64,000 bases of DNA from Chloroflexota bacterium (lineage in GTDB: Bacteria; Chloroflexota; Anaerolineae; Anaerolineales; Villigracilaceae), in the NCBI GenBank assembly GCA_043826315.1, contig JBDRQK010000014.1, positions 4,230 through 68,229 on the forward strand, in the 5' to 3' direction. Under the pieces are notes generated by a model, which was not told where the DNA came from, made no database searches, and saw only the letters and a program-made list of their open reading frames with translations. The position numbers and the translations under genes were made by a program. This document shows, piece by piece, positions 47,463-57,753 of this stretch (within the stretch, counting starts at the first letter, position 1; each line of letters begins with the position of its first letter).

Positions 47463-49304
47463 CTATTCTACGGTAACGCTCTTTGCAAGGTTTCGTGGTT
47501 GATCAACATCCAGACCGCGTAAAGCTGCAATATGATAAGCAAGCATTTGGAGGGGGATTACAATGATAGCAGGCGATAACATCCAGGGAGTTTCAGGAAC
47601 CCAAAGTACATGATCCGCTAAGGGTTTAATAAGTTCATCTCCTTCAGTGGCAACTGCGATTACAATTCCACCTCGAGCTTTGGCTTGTTGGATCTGGCTG
47701 ATCATTTTCTCATGCCATGGATCTTTGGGAGCCAGGCATACAACTGGCATATTCTCATCTATTAAAGCAATGGGGCCATGTTTCATCTCGCCGGCAGGGT
47801 ATCCTTCAGCATGAATGTAGGAAATTTCTTTAAGTTTTAATGCACCTTCGTAAGCAATTGGCATGTTTATACCCCGTCCCAGATATAGGCAATCACGGAT
47901 ATCTTTGAGTACAAAGGAAATCTTTTCGATCTCAGGTTCCTTGTTTAAAACCCGACTGACAAGGTCTGGTACCAGTCGCAGGTCTGAAACAAGCTGGAAT
48001 CGGGTTTTTGTATCAATTGTATCTCGCAGATCTGCCAATAATATGGCGAGCATGTACTGATCGATTAGTGGAGCTGTGAAGGCTTTGGTAGATGCGACCC
48101 CTATCTCCGGACCTGATTGCATGGCGATAAAACCGTCGGAAATTCGCATGGCTTGAGAGCCAATTGCGTTTACGATAGCCCATAAAGTGGCTCCTTTTCG
48201 TCTTCCTTCTTCCATGGCTGCCAAGGTATCCGCTGTTTCTCCTGATTGGCTGATGGCAAGGACGACAGTATGTGAGTCTATGATGGGGTCACGATAGCGA
48301 AATTCTGATCCAATCTCCAATTCACATGGAATCCGTGCAATTTTCTCGATCAGATATTTTCCCACCATCCCTGCATAAGCTGCAGTTCCACACGCAACGA
48401 TATATATCTTATTGATTTGTTTGGCAAGGTCTGGTGTTAGGTTTAATTCTGGTAACCTGATTTTTCCAGATTTTAGATCGACCCTTCCAGCAAGTGTATC
48501 GGTTAAAGAGCGTACTTGTTCATGGATTTCCTTTTGCATGAAATGTCGGAATTCTCCTTTTTCTGCAGAGACCGAATCCCACGCAATAGAGTGAATTTGT
48601 GGTTCAACCGTTATTCCTTCCAACGTTTCTACGCGAACCGATTCGCGAGTTACAATGGCCATTTGGCGCGATTCGAGAAAAATCACTTTTCGAGTATGAT
48701 CCAAGATTGCAGGTATGTCTGATGCGATGAAATTTTCTCCTTCACCCAAACCAATCACAACGCCACCGGCATTTCCAATACGGGCACAGACAATACGATC
48801 AGGTTCATCTGATGAAAGTAAAACAATTCCATGTGCCCCCTGGATCTGGTTAAAGGTTTTTCTGGCAGCATCCTCTAATAGAAGTCCAGAAGCCTGGTGA
48901 TGTTCTACGAGTTGAACGATTGTCTCGGTATCTGTATCAGAATTAAATTCCGTACCTTCACTTGCCAGTTCATCACGTAATTCGAGGAAATTTTCAACGA
49001 TCCCATTGTGAACAACAACGACTTTCCCCGAATTCCCTAAATGAGGATGGGCGTTGCGGGCACTTGGTGCACCATGTGTTGCCCAGCGTGTATGTCCAAT
49101 TCCTGGTGTTCCGTTTATTGGAGAAGCGAGGACTAATTTTTCCAGGCGTTCTAGTTTTCCTGAGTCGCGGCGGATAATGATCTTTCCATCTTGGATGATC
49201 GCAATACCAGCAGAATCATACCCGCGATACTCTAGCCTCTTTAAACCATTTAGTATTATGGGTGTCGCATCACGAGGTCCAATATAACCAACAATACCAC
49301 ACAT
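47463..49304 (-). CDS. glmS: Glutamine-fructose-6-phosphate aminotransferase
   Basis: 613 aa. N-terminal MCGIVGY nucleophile, two SIS domains, C-terminal DQPRNLAKSVTVE. Confidence 0.95.
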   Translation of the reverse strand: MCGIVGYIGPRDATPIILNGLKRLEYRGYDSAGIAIIQDGKIIIRRDSGKLERLEKLVLASPINGTPGIGHTRWATHGAPSARNAHPHLGNSGKVVVVHNGIVENFLELRDELASEGTEFNSDTDTETIVQLVEHHQASGLLLEDAARKTFNQIQGAHGIVLLSSDEPDRIVCARIGNAGGVVIGLGEGENFIASDIPAILDHTRKVIFLESRQMAIVTRESVRVETLEGITVEPQIHSIAWDSVSAEKGEFRHFMQKEIHEQVRSLTDTLAGRVDLKSGKIRLPELNLTPDLAKQINKIYIVACGTAAYAGMVGKYLIEKIARIPCELEIGSEFRYRDPIIDSHTVVLAISQSGETADTLAAMEEGRRKGATLWAIVNAIGSQAMRISDGFIAMQSGPEIGVASTKAFTAPLIDQYMLAILLADLRDTIDTKTRFQLVSDLRLVPDLVSRVLNKEPEIEKISFVLKDIRDCLYLGRGINMPIAYEGALKLKEISYIHAEGYPAGEMKHGPIALIDENMPVVCLAPKDPWHEKMISQIQQAKARGGIVIAVATEGDELIKPLADHVLWVPETPWMLSPAIIVIPLQMLAYHIAALRGLDVDQPRNLAKSVTVE

Positions 49305-49329
49305 AAGAAGCCCTCCTGTGTTCTAGTCA

Positions 49330-49540
49330 ATACTGCTTTTTTGCCTAATAGTTTCCTGATAGGATTATCCGCAGTTTATTAAATTGGAGGGAAAGGTGTT
49401 GGATTTGGCAATCCCAGAGGGCTTCCGCTGATCTTTCGATTTTCTCCTGAGTATTAGTCAGAATTAGCCCTGCTGCGTGGCAGGGAACCCTCATCCTCGT
49501 CAACTATGGTAAAAAATACCAGAGCCCATGCGCTAACCTT
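49330..49540 (-). ncRNA. glmS ribozyme/riboswitch in the glmS 5' leader
   Basis: The minus strand reads AGCGCAUGGG, then a P1 hairpin CUCUGGUA-UUUUUU-UACCAUAG, then UUGACGAGGAUGAGGG ... AAUCGAAAGAUCAGCGGAAGCCCUC. These match the conserved AGCGCC / GACGAGGAUGGAGG / AUCGAA..CGGCGGAUGCCUCC core of known glmS ribozymes. It sits directly upstream of glmS. Boundaries are approximate. Confidence 0.75.
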
Positions 49541-49860
49541 TCCGATTAGAGGAATACACCATGAAAAATCATGATGCAATGTGAAATACCTGCTTGGCAA
49601 TGAGCTTTAAAGGGGTTGTGGTATAAGAAGCACTATTTAATTACAACGCTTTCTTTATTAGCAAGCAGGACCTTGTACAATTATATCTTAACTTGTTGTA
49701 ATAGACTTCAGGTAGTAACAAAAAAGCCAACTCCTAAAACTTTGGGTCCAGCATGAACGATTATCGCTGGTGGAATTTCATAAATAATTCAAGAAAAGTC
49801 CCAGTATCCAACTCAATGTCATTACGAATTGCCTTATCTCCCAAAATAGAAATTAGAGGC

Positions 49861-49889
49861 ATTATAACAATACCGAATTTGTTTGTCAG
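49861..49889 (-). promoter_or_regulatory. Sigma70-like promoter candidate (CTGACA-17-TATAAT) upstream of the glmS leader
   Basis: Minus strand has CTGACA (49889-49884), a 17-nt spacer, and TATAAT (49866-49861). This would give a leader of about 320 nt before the ribozyme. It could be a chance match in AT-rich DNA. Confidence 0.3.
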
Positions 49890-49965
49890 CTCTCACGATA
49901 GACCAGTAGTAGTTTCTGTCACAATATTTTCATAGTGCCTCATTATTATGTGATTAACTATTAAA

Positions 49966-51111
49966 TTAATCCAGGTGGAGCTGGTAAACACGGTGTATTT
50001 TATTGAAATTGATTCCAAAATTCTCCATTTCACGTTGCATCTTGTAGTTGTCTGATCCAATTTGAACGATTTCTGCATGACGAAATTGACCACTTTCAAC
50101 GATGGATTTTTGCATTTCGCTAAAAAGTAAAGCTGTACCTCCCAGACCTCGGTATTCTTCTATTAACCCTGCTCCATTGATGTTGATCCACTCCGTTTTC
50201 TTCAAATCTCGCAGGATAGTTACCCATCCGAATGGAAAAAGCCGGCCTCCTGTTCTTTGAAGTGCCCCTGATATATCAGGATACGCCAGGAGGAATCCAA
50301 CCATTTTATTAATATCCTTGTTTTGGGAGTTAGTATGGATAACGATTTTGATCAACGCTGGATCTGCAAACCACATAATTTGTGAAGCAAGGGATGATGC
50401 TTCGGAATCTGTAAGGGGAGTACCTCCGGAAGTACCTTGCAGGGCATTATTGTATAGGTCTTTAAGTTCCGGTATCAATACTTTTAAGTCACTTCGTTTA
50501 TTGAATCGAGAAACCGACAAACCCCGTCTCTGTTGAATGCGTTCTGATAATTCGTGGATACGATTTGGAAAGTCCATAGCGGCATCCAAATAACCAGAAA
50601 CAGAATCTCCCGCACCCTCAAACCCCAAGCCTTCTATTAGGTCAACATAATAGGACGGATTGTAAGGAATTCCAAGTGCAGGGCGGTGTTGAAAACCTTT
50701 TACTAACAATCCAAATCCGTCCAAAGGTGTAAATCCTTTGGGACCAATGAGCTTATTCAATCCTTGTTCTTTTGCCCAATCAATTGCAGCTTTAAAGAGC
50801 AAGGAAGCTGTTTCAAGATTGTTTTCACACTCGAATAAATAGAAAAAGGCAGTTGTTTCTTTGTTAAAATCATTAAAAAGTCGATTATTAATAACTGCAA
50901 TTCGGCCTGAAGGTCGATTATCCTTCATCGCAAGAATAAATGCTGCCTGTGAATGTGCGTAAAAAGGATATTTACGAAGGTTAAATCTTGCAAGTTCATC
51001 CATCAAAAGTGGAGGAACCCATTCTGGGGTATTCTTGTAAATAGTGTATGGAAATCTCAAGAATTGACGCACCAGTTTCTTATTAGACAGGCTAACTTGA
51101 ACAATTTCCAT
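49966..51111 (-). CDS. GNAT-like N-acetyltransferase family protein (two-lobed, 381 aa)
   Basis: The C-terminal half has an acetyltransferase-like segment EEYRGLGGTALLFSEM. The N-terminal FLRFPYTIYKNTPEWVPPL is typical of a widespread uncharacterised GNAT-related family. Assignment by resemblance only. Confidence 0.55.
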   Translation of the reverse strand: MEIVQVSLSNKKLVRQFLRFPYTIYKNTPEWVPPLLMDELARFNLRKYPFYAHSQAAFILAMKDNRPSGRIAVINNRLFNDFNKETTAFFYLFECENNLETASLLFKAAIDWAKEQGLNKLIGPKGFTPLDGFGLLVKGFQHRPALGIPYNPSYYVDLIEGLGFEGAGDSVSGYLDAAMDFPNRIHELSERIQQRRGLSVSRFNKRSDLKVLIPELKDLYNNALQGTSGGTPLTDSEASSLASQIMWFADPALIKIVIHTNSQNKDINKMVGFLLAYPDISGALQRTGGRLFPFGWVTILRDLKKTEWININGAGLIEEYRGLGGTALLFSEMQKSIVESGQFRHAEIVQIGSDNYKMQREMENFGINFNKIHRVYQLHLD

Positions 51112-51144
51112 AACAAAATTGATTGTTGATGAGTGCTAGCGAAT

Positions 51145-52476
51145 TTAAACGTTACCAACTTCAGGGTTATTCTTCTGGAGACTTGCTCTTTCCGCCATTT
51201 GATTTCGCAACGTCTTTATGTCTCCATCAATAAAGAATAGAGCTCCCAAATAGAGGAAGAAACATAATACCCAAGTAGAAACACAAATTGTAAGGATTGC
51301 TGTTTGTTTGGTTGTGGCCAAGGCAATAGAGCCGGCAATAATCGGAGCTAATGCAGCGCCACTATTCTCAATAAAATATTCCACAGCTTGAGCAGTAGAA
51401 CGAACTTCTGGCGGAGTAATGTCAAAAATGGTTGAAAGGACGTTTGGGGAGGAGAAAGGCATAAAGAGCGCTGTAAGTGACATCCAGATGAAGAAAGTGG
51501 TTTTCTGATCTACTGGTGTTAGCAAAGCAAGCAGTAAGAAAAGTGCGCCTAAAATTACCCCGATGGATGAAATAAGAATGCGACCTTTTTTGGTTTTCTT
51601 GAATAACCAATCACCCAATGAACCCCCTACGAAATAACCCAACGAAAGGATTAGAATTACTGGCCCCATTACAAATAAAACTGAATTGTTATCATATCCT
51701 CTTTCAGTCAGGAGATAACCTACAAAAAAATAGGTGATAACGTTCCACGGGAAGACACCTGCGAAACCCTGTAAGAAGATAAACCACATGGTTCTCTTTT
51801 TAAAAATTAATTTGGCTTCTTTGATTGAAAACTTGAATTGACCTACATCATGCATACCTTCAAATTCAGGCTCTGCCTGTCCTCGAGGCATATCTTTGAC
51901 AAACAAGAATATTACGATAGCCATGATTATTCCTAAAAAGCCAGTGATTAAAAAGATCGAACGCCAGCCTTCAAGATTAAATAGCTTTCCATCCAGCATT
52001 GGAGCAGCCATCAGCGCAAGGATCATACCTGCCAGATACCCCAACGGTTGAGGTACCTGAAGGATCCCATAAACTTTTCCGCGTACTTTCGGGGGAAAAT
52101 AATCAGCAACCAGGCTGTACAACCCGGGATAGGAAGAATCATCAATACCGGTTGATGCGCGAGTTCCAAGGAATTGGGGGTATGTTCTTACAATCGAACT
52201 CAACCAGGTGGTTGCTCCCCAGATTAAGGAGGCAAGTGCTAGTAGCTTTGCGCGTGCATATCGGTCATACAAATAACCCCATATAGGGAAGAGGATTGTT
52301 CCGATGATCAACGCTCCTGAATTAACCAACCCCCATTGAAGATCATTCAAATTGAAGGTTTTGCTAATAGGTATTTGTAGCGATCCTATAAGCAATTTAT
52401 CTGTTTGGTGAAGGAATATAAAGAAAAAGAATATAACTACAACGAATACTGGATATGTTTTCCGATTATTATTCAT
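51145..52476 (-). CDS. MFS transporter
   Basis: 443 aa with about 12 hydrophobic segments and an MFS loop motif-like GYLYDRYARAK. Confidence 0.85.
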   Translation of the reverse strand: MNNNRKTYPVFVVVIFFFFIFLHQTDKLLIGSLQIPISKTFNLNDLQWGLVNSGALIIGTILFPIWGYLYDRYARAKLLALASLIWGATTWLSSIVRTYPQFLGTRASTGIDDSSYPGLYSLVADYFPPKVRGKVYGILQVPQPLGYLAGMILALMAAPMLDGKLFNLEGWRSIFLITGFLGIIMAIVIFLFVKDMPRGQAEPEFEGMHDVGQFKFSIKEAKLIFKKRTMWFIFLQGFAGVFPWNVITYFFVGYLLTERGYDNNSVLFVMGPVILILSLGYFVGGSLGDWLFKKTKKGRILISSIGVILGALFLLLALLTPVDQKTTFFIWMSLTALFMPFSSPNVLSTIFDITPPEVRSTAQAVEYFIENSGAALAPIIAGSIALATTKQTAILTICVSTWVLCFFLYLGALFFIDGDIKTLRNQMAERASLQKNNPEVGNV

Positions 52477-52593
52477 ATAGTTTCCTTTTGCACAGGGATA
52501 ATTATTAATAAAAGTTTACAGCATTAAACACTTCAAGTCAATTAGCTCGCGTTGGCTGGTTGCAGACACAAAAACCTATAGAAGGGTTGTATC

Positions 52594-52622
52594 TTGTTAG
52601 CCAACTTAGAATATGATAAAAT
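52594..52622 (+). promoter_or_regulatory. Promoter candidate for tRNA-Pro (TTGTTA-17-TAAAAT)
   Basis: -35 TTGTTA at 52594-52599, 17-nt spacer, -10 TAAAAT at 52617-52622. The tRNA 5' end is 11 nt downstream. Confidence 0.4.
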
Positions 52623-52633
52623 TTTCATTACAT

Positions 52634-52707
52634 CGGGGCGTGGCTCAGCCCGGTAGAGCGCGCGGTTCGGGATCGTGAGGTCGGCGGTTCAAATCCGCCC
52701 GCCCCGA
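52634..52707 (+). tRNA. tRNA-Pro (anticodon CGG), CCA not encoded
   Basis: Manual cloverleaf: acceptor CGGGGCG/CGCCCCG, D arm GCTC-AGCCCGGT-AGAGC, anticodon stem CGCGG/TCGTG, loop TTCGGGA, T arm GGCGG-TTCAAAT-CCGCC, discriminator A. Confidence 0.9.
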
Positions 52708-52713
52708 CAAAAA

Positions 52714-52745
52714 ACAGTCGAAATTTGGATTCGGCTGTTTTTTTT
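52714..52745 (+). terminator. Rho-independent terminator after tRNA-Pro
   Basis: 9-bp stem ACAGTCGAA / TTCGGCTGT (one G-T pair), 7-nt loop, followed by a run of 8 T. Confidence 0.65.
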
Positions 52746-53145
52746 ACACAGGATGAGCCTGCTTATATATTATTTTAGTATTTCATTGACGAATAGTCTA
52801 CACTGGTGGATATTATACACAAATGGAAATCTTTTGGTTTGGATCAGAGTATTGACCAGAAAAGAAGTTATTTTCGCAGGTAGAGCTTTTTGATATTGTT
52901 CAATACAAGATTGCAATAATAAGGAAAATAATGCTATTGGAAGGTGGTGATCACATCATATCCTCAATGTTATAATTTTTCAATTGGCATTCTTTTATCT
53001 CATATAAATCACTAATAGGAAAAAGATTATGGGTATCCATGCTAACAAGTTACTCCATAAATATTTTTCTTCAATCTTTACTCGCATAATCTGATCGCTT
53101 CGATTAATGCTGTGCTTGAATTGAGTGTTTCGTAGGTAGCTCAAA

Positions 53146-53391
53146 ATGTGTCGTGATTATGAAATAAAACAAATCAACTTACTAATCGATAGGTTGGAGC
53201 GCTTATCTGCTGATTCAATATGGTCACACTGGGCAAGTGGAATTCGCGGCTCATTACTTGGATATCTGGAAGATTATGAAGGGAGAGATTCAAAATTTAC
53301 TCCAAAGGAGTTGGAGTCTCTTTTAGAGCGAGGAAATTACGTATTAGAACAAGCTATTAAACATAGTCTAATTAAACAAAGAATTAAATGA
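53146..53391 (+). CDS. Hypothetical small helical protein (81 aa)
   Basis: Isolated ORF in an AT-rich, gene-poor stretch. No family recognised; may not be expressed. Confidence 0.3.
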   Translation: MCRDYEIKQINLLIDRLERLSADSIWSHWASGIRGSLLGYLEDYEGRDSKFTPKELESLLERGNYVLEQAIKHSLIKQRIK

Positions 53392-53601
53392 GTAATTATC
53401 AGAAATTCGAATAAATTTGATAATTAAATATAGGAAAAACATTCTGCCAATTTTTGAAAAGCGAATGAATGTCCAGAGCAAATGGTAGATTTCGCCGTAA
53501 TTTTTGCCAGATCTCGGATAAATGAAACGGTGAAATTCTTAAAATTAATTTCCAAAAATAAGAAAACAAAGCGCAATAATAATGGAAGATAAGGAGTAAA
53601 A

Positions 53602-54513
53602 ATGGAAATTGCAATTATGGTGGAAGGACAAAATGGCTTAAATTGGAAACGTTGGAAGAATATTGCTGCCGCGGTGGAAGATCTGGGATATTTTGGACTA
53701 TTTCGTTCTGATCATTTTACAAATATGTCTCCCCCGGATAAGGATTCTCTTGAATTATGGATATCACTTACTTGGTTGGCAAGCAATTCACGTCGAATCC
53801 AATTTGGACCATTGGTGACTCCCTTTTCATTCAGGCACCCTGTAATCACAGCACGCATGGCATCGGCGGTCGACGATTTGTCTGGAGGAAGGTTAATTCT
53901 CGGTTTGGGTGCTGGTTGGCAGAAGCGTGAACATGATATATATGGATTTGAATTGATGGAACCCGAAGAGCGATTTGATCGCATGGAGGATGGTCTTAAA
54001 CTGATCAAATCATTATTTGAGAGTGATGAAATTTTTAACTACGAGGGTTCTTTTTTTCAAGCAAAAGAGGCGATCATGCTTCCAAGACCTCTTCGTAACG
54101 GGGGGCCGACAATACTGATCGGGGGAATCGGTAAAAATCGCACTTTACCTTTGGCTGCAAAATATGCTGGGGAATGGAATGCTATGTTTCTGGATCCGAT
54201 AAAATATCGGAATTTAAATGCGGAAATGAATAGAATTCTACACACTTTTGGACGAGCGCCGGAATCATTAACAAAATCGATGATGACAGGATTGCGTTTT
54301 GGTCGCACAAAGCAGGAACTGCGAACCAAGATGGCAAATTCTGATAGCACAACAGAAGATCTCCGCAAGAGAGGAATAATTGTCGGAGTAGGTGGAGAAA
54401 TAAAGACACAACTTATGGAACTTGAAAATGCAGGTCTACAACGTTTGATGCTTCAATGGTTGGATCTTGACGATCTGGAGGGTTTAGCCGCGTTGGCAAA
54501 AGTTGTTTTATGA
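53602..54513 (+). CDS. Luciferase-like monooxygenase (LLM) family oxidoreductase, possibly F420-dependent
   Basis: 303 aa. SDHF, LGLGAGW, and TIM-barrel LLM pattern. Confidence 0.8.
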   Translation: MEIAIMVEGQNGLNWKRWKNIAAAVEDLGYFGLFRSDHFTNMSPPDKDSLELWISLTWLASNSRRIQFGPLVTPFSFRHPVITARMASAVDDLSGGRLILGLGAGWQKREHDIYGFELMEPEERFDRMEDGLKLIKSLFESDEIFNYEGSFFQAKEAIMLPRPLRNGGPTILIGGIGKNRTLPLAAKYAGEWNAMFLDPIKYRNLNAEMNRILHTFGRAPESLTKSMMTGLRFGRTKQELRTKMANSDSTTEDLRKRGIIVGVGGEIKTQLMELENAGLQRLMLQWLDLDDLEGLAALAKVVL

Positions 54514-54514
54514 T

Positions 54515-55594
54515 TCAACAAATCCTGGGTAAAAGTTCACCGGCAGGTAAATCCACAACTCGCATGCCTCCAATTGATGTTCGAGCTGTAACCATGCAGG
54601 GATGATTGTCAACAACCTTACCGATAAGAGCCGAGTTCTTCCCAAGTGGATGATTGCGCATAGCCATTAACACTTTTTCTGCTTCATTTTCTGGAAGGAT
54701 AATAACCATTTTACCTTCATTCGCTATATAAAATGGGTCAAGCCCCAGCATTTCACATGCTGCGTCAACCTCAGGTAGGATGGGGACTGACTTCTCTTCA
54801 AATTCTATCCCAACATTGGATGCAGTTGCTAATTCATTTAGAACAGCAGCTAATCCACCCCGAGTGGCATCCCTAAGACAATGAATCTCATTGGTAACAG
54901 AAAGTATCACATCGACCAAACCGTTGAGTGGTGCTGTATCACTTTTAATGGTAGTCTCAAATTCCAAGCCTGCGCGTACAGACATAATAGCCATACCGTG
55001 ATCACCAATGGTTCCGCTGATAATTATGACATCGCCTGAACGAGCATTTTTTGCAGAAATATTAATCCATTCTGGAATTAAGCCGATTCCTGTGGTATTT
55101 ATATACAAACCATCTCCATGACCCCGATTGACTACTTTCGTGTCACCTGCGACGATTTTTACGCCTCCAAGCATGCAAGCTGAAGCCATAGAGTTCACGA
55201 TTAATCCAAGTGTCTCCATGGGTAAACCTTCTTCCAAAATGAATCCAGCCGATAGAAATAGTGGTCTTGCACCACTCATGGAGAGGTCATTGATTGTGCC
55301 AAAAATGGACAAGTCTCCAATATTCCCACCTGGAAAAAATAATGGATTTACGACAAATGAATCTGTCGTAAATGCCAGACGTTTTGAGGGAATATTTTGC
55401 AGTATATCTACCAGATCAATTGCGGTAGAGTCATTCAATTGGGCGAGGAGATCATTGTCAAAAGCAGGTGAAAATAGATGTTTTATTAGATCATCCATCA
55501 TTTTTCCACCAGAACCGTGACCAAGCACAATAGTTGGGTAATTTTGAAGCGGTCTCGGACATGTCCAGCCTGCAAGATTGGTTTTAACAGTCAT
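54515..55594 (-). CDS. hypE: Hydrogenase maturation protein HypE
   Basis: AIR-synthase-like fold motifs and the invariant C-terminal LPRIC. ATG 55594 is preceded by GGAGGCAA, whereas the ORF-track start 55648 has no SD. Confidence 0.9.
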   Translation of the reverse strand: MTVKTNLAGWTCPRPLQNYPTIVLGHGSGGKMMDDLIKHLFSPAFDNDLLAQLNDSTAIDLVDILQNIPSKRLAFTTDSFVVNPLFFPGGNIGDLSIFGTINDLSMSGARPLFLSAGFILEEGLPMETLGLIVNSMASACMLGGVKIVAGDTKVVNRGHGDGLYINTTGIGLIPEWINISAKNARSGDVIIISGTIGDHGMAIMSVRAGLEFETTIKSDTAPLNGLVDVILSVTNEIHCLRDATRGGLAAVLNELATASNVGIEFEEKSVPILPEVDAACEMLGLDPFYIANEGKMVIILPENEAEKVLMAMRNHPLGKNSALIGKVVDNHPCMVTARTSIGGMRVVDLPAGELLPRIC

Positions 55595-55706
55595 TTGCCT
55601 CCAGGGAATAATTGTGTTTTCTCTATTTTCTGGGAAAATGGGATTCACATGTGTGCGAACCTGTTATAAATTCTCAGCCAATAAAAGAGAATACTCGATT
55701 GATACC

Positions 55707-56825
55707 TTATTCTTTCAAATAACGTCCATATCGATAATAAGCTGCGCAAGCACCTTCTGTTGAAACCATTGTTGCTCCAAGCGGGGTTTGAGGTGTACAT
55801 TTAATTCCGAAAGCAGAACATTCGTTGGGTTTTTTTCTGCCTTGCAAAACCAATCCACTGATACATAAGCTGGACTCTTTTGTTTCTATGGATTGGATTT
55901 CGGGGAATCGCAGTTCGGCATCATATTTGGCAAATTCCGGACGCAAGCGGTATCCGGATTGAGGAATTACTCCTAATCCCCGCCAGGACCGGTCACAAAT
56001 TTCAAATACCCTTTTAATGATTGCTTGCGCGGAAGGATTACCTTCCCGGACAACCGAACGGGAATAAGCGTTTTCAACTTTGTTTTCACCATTTTCCAGT
56101 TGTTTTACACATTTCAAGATTCCATGGACAACGTCAACTGGTTCAAATCCAGTGACAACGATCGGAATTTTATATTTTTGTGCTAGGAGTTCGTATTCCC
56201 AGTAACCCATAACTGTACATACATGACCAGCTGCCAGGAACCCATCAACCAGAACATCAGGAGACTCCATTAGAGCTATTATGGCAGCCGGTACAATGAC
56301 ATGCGATACCAGCATTGCAAAGTTGTTTAACCCCTGTGCTTGAGCTTGGACAATTGCCATGGCATTTGGAGGAGCTGTAGTTTCGAAACCTATTCCAAAA
56401 AAAACAACGGTTTTTTTAGGATTTTCGCGAGCGATTTTGAGTGTATCAAGAGGTGAGTAAAGAATGCGGACATCACCTCCTGCAGCTTTTACTGATAAGA
56501 GATCACTGACAGATCCTGGAACACGCAACATATCTCCGAAGGATGTGAAGATAACATCCTTGCGGGATGCCAATGCAATTGCTTTATCTATTAATTCAAG
56601 GGGAGTAACACACACCGGGCAGCCTGGTCCGTGCACCAGGTTAATTTCCTTGGGTAATAATTGATCAAGGCCAGATTTTATTATGGAATGAGTCTGACCG
56701 CCACAGACTTCCATTAATGTCCAATCTCTGGTAAGGACGCTTTCTAAACCTTTTATCAGTTTACTGGTAAGTTCAGCATCCCGGTATTCTTCAATATATT
56801 TCACTGCTTCATCCTTCTTCCTCAC
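55707..56825 (-). CDS. hypD: Hydrogenase maturation protein HypD
   Basis: 372 aa. [20 protein letters not shown], and C-terminal Cys-rich motifs. Confidence 0.95.
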   Translation of the reverse strand: MRKKDEAVKYIEEYRDAELTSKLIKGLESVLTRDWTLMEVCGGQTHSIIKSGLDQLLPKEINLVHGPGCPVCVTPLELIDKAIALASRKDVIFTSFGDMLRVPGSVSDLLSVKAAGGDVRILYSPLDTLKIARENPKKTVVFFGIGFETTAPPNAMAIVQAQAQGLNNFAMLVSHVIVPAAIIALMESPDVLVDGFLAAGHVCTVMGYWEYELLAQKYKIPIVVTGFEPVDVVHGILKCVKQLENGENKVENAYSRSVVREGNPSAQAIIKRVFEICDRSWRGLGVIPQSGYRLRPEFAKYDAELRFPEIQSIETKESSLCISGLVLQGRKKPNECSAFGIKCTPQTPLGATMVSTEGACAAYYRYGRYLKE

Positions 56826-57051
56826 CCATTTCGGCGATTTGATTAAACAGAGCCATTGTTTCTAGTGCTTCCGTTTCGTCAATTATTGACAAACCAAATC
56901 CTACATGAATGAGTGTAAAATCACCAACTTCTATTTCAGGTAAGTATTCCATACAAGCCTCTTTTATTACCCCGCTGAAATCAATTTTAGCCATCTTCAT
57001 ACCATTTGATTCGTAAAGCTCAATAACTTTTCCGGGAATTCCAAGACACAC
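56809..57051 (-). CDS. hypC: Hydrogenase maturation chaperone HypC
   Basis: 80 aa beginning MCLGIPGKV (essential N-terminal Cys). 17-nt overlap with hypD. Confidence 0.9.
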   Translation of the reverse strand: MCLGIPGKVIELYESNGMKMAKIDFSGVIKEACMEYLPEIEVGDFTLIHVGFGLSIIDETEALETMALFNQIAEMGEEEG

Positions 57052-57054
57052 AAT

Positions 57055-57750
57055 TCACCTCTTTTGCGATATGTGATCATCCAATAAATTAGACTTCCAT
57101 TCTATTACTTTGCTTACTAGCCAATCAGCACAAAATTCCATTCCTTCCCCTGTTTTTGCTGATAATGGAAAGGTTACAAGGCCGGGGTTTAATATTTCAA
57201 CGCCTTTCCGGAAGTAATCCATATTAAAAGTTATATAAGGTAATAGATCTATTTTGCTGATAACGAGAGCATCCACACCTCGGTAGGCACCTGGATATTT
57301 ATAGGGTTTATCATCACCTTCAGGAATGGAAGCGACCAGCATATTCATATGACTGCCAATCTTGAAATTAATAGGACAAACAAGATTGCCAACGTTTTCG
57401 ATGATTACAAGATCAAGATTATCGAGGGGAAGGGATGCCATTGCACTTGCCACCATTACAGCATCCAGGTGACATTCACCACCGGTATTTATTTGAACTG
57501 CTGGTAAACCAGCAGCTTTTGCTTTATCAGCATCAATGGATGATGCCAAATCACCTTCAATCACTCCCATCCGTAAACGGTTGTGTAATGCTTCAAGAAG
57601 CTTGATTATGAATGTGGTTTTTCCTGCTCCAGGAGATGCCATGATATTAATTGCATAGATACCAGCAGAATCAAATTGCTGGCGAATAATCTCGGCAAGT
57701 TTATCATTAGCAGAAAGGATTTTTTCGGTAACTTGAATACGGGTTGACAT
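57055..57750 (-). CDS. hypB: Hydrogenase nickel-incorporation GTPase HypB
   Basis: 231 aa. P-loop SPGAGKTT, ECHLDA, ENVGNLVCP and SKIDL motifs. Confidence 0.9.
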   Translation of the reverse strand: MSTRIQVTEKILSANDKLAEIIRQQFDSAGIYAINIMASPGAGKTTFIIKLLEALHNRLRMGVIEGDLASSIDADKAKAAGLPAVQINTGGECHLDAVMVASAMASLPLDNLDLVIIENVGNLVCPINFKIGSHMNMLVASIPEGDDKPYKYPGAYRGVDALVISKIDLLPYITFNMDYFRKGVEILNPGLVTFPLSAKTGEGMEFCADWLVSKVIEWKSNLLDDHISQKR

Positions 57751-57753
57751 AAT

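Noticed and set aside
52746-53601. AT-rich, gene-poor stretch next to tRNA-Pro as a possible integrated-element remnant.
   Set aside because: There is no integrase, no phage or plasmid genes, and I could not find a direct repeat of the tRNA 3' end downstream. Only one weak 81-aa ORF is present.
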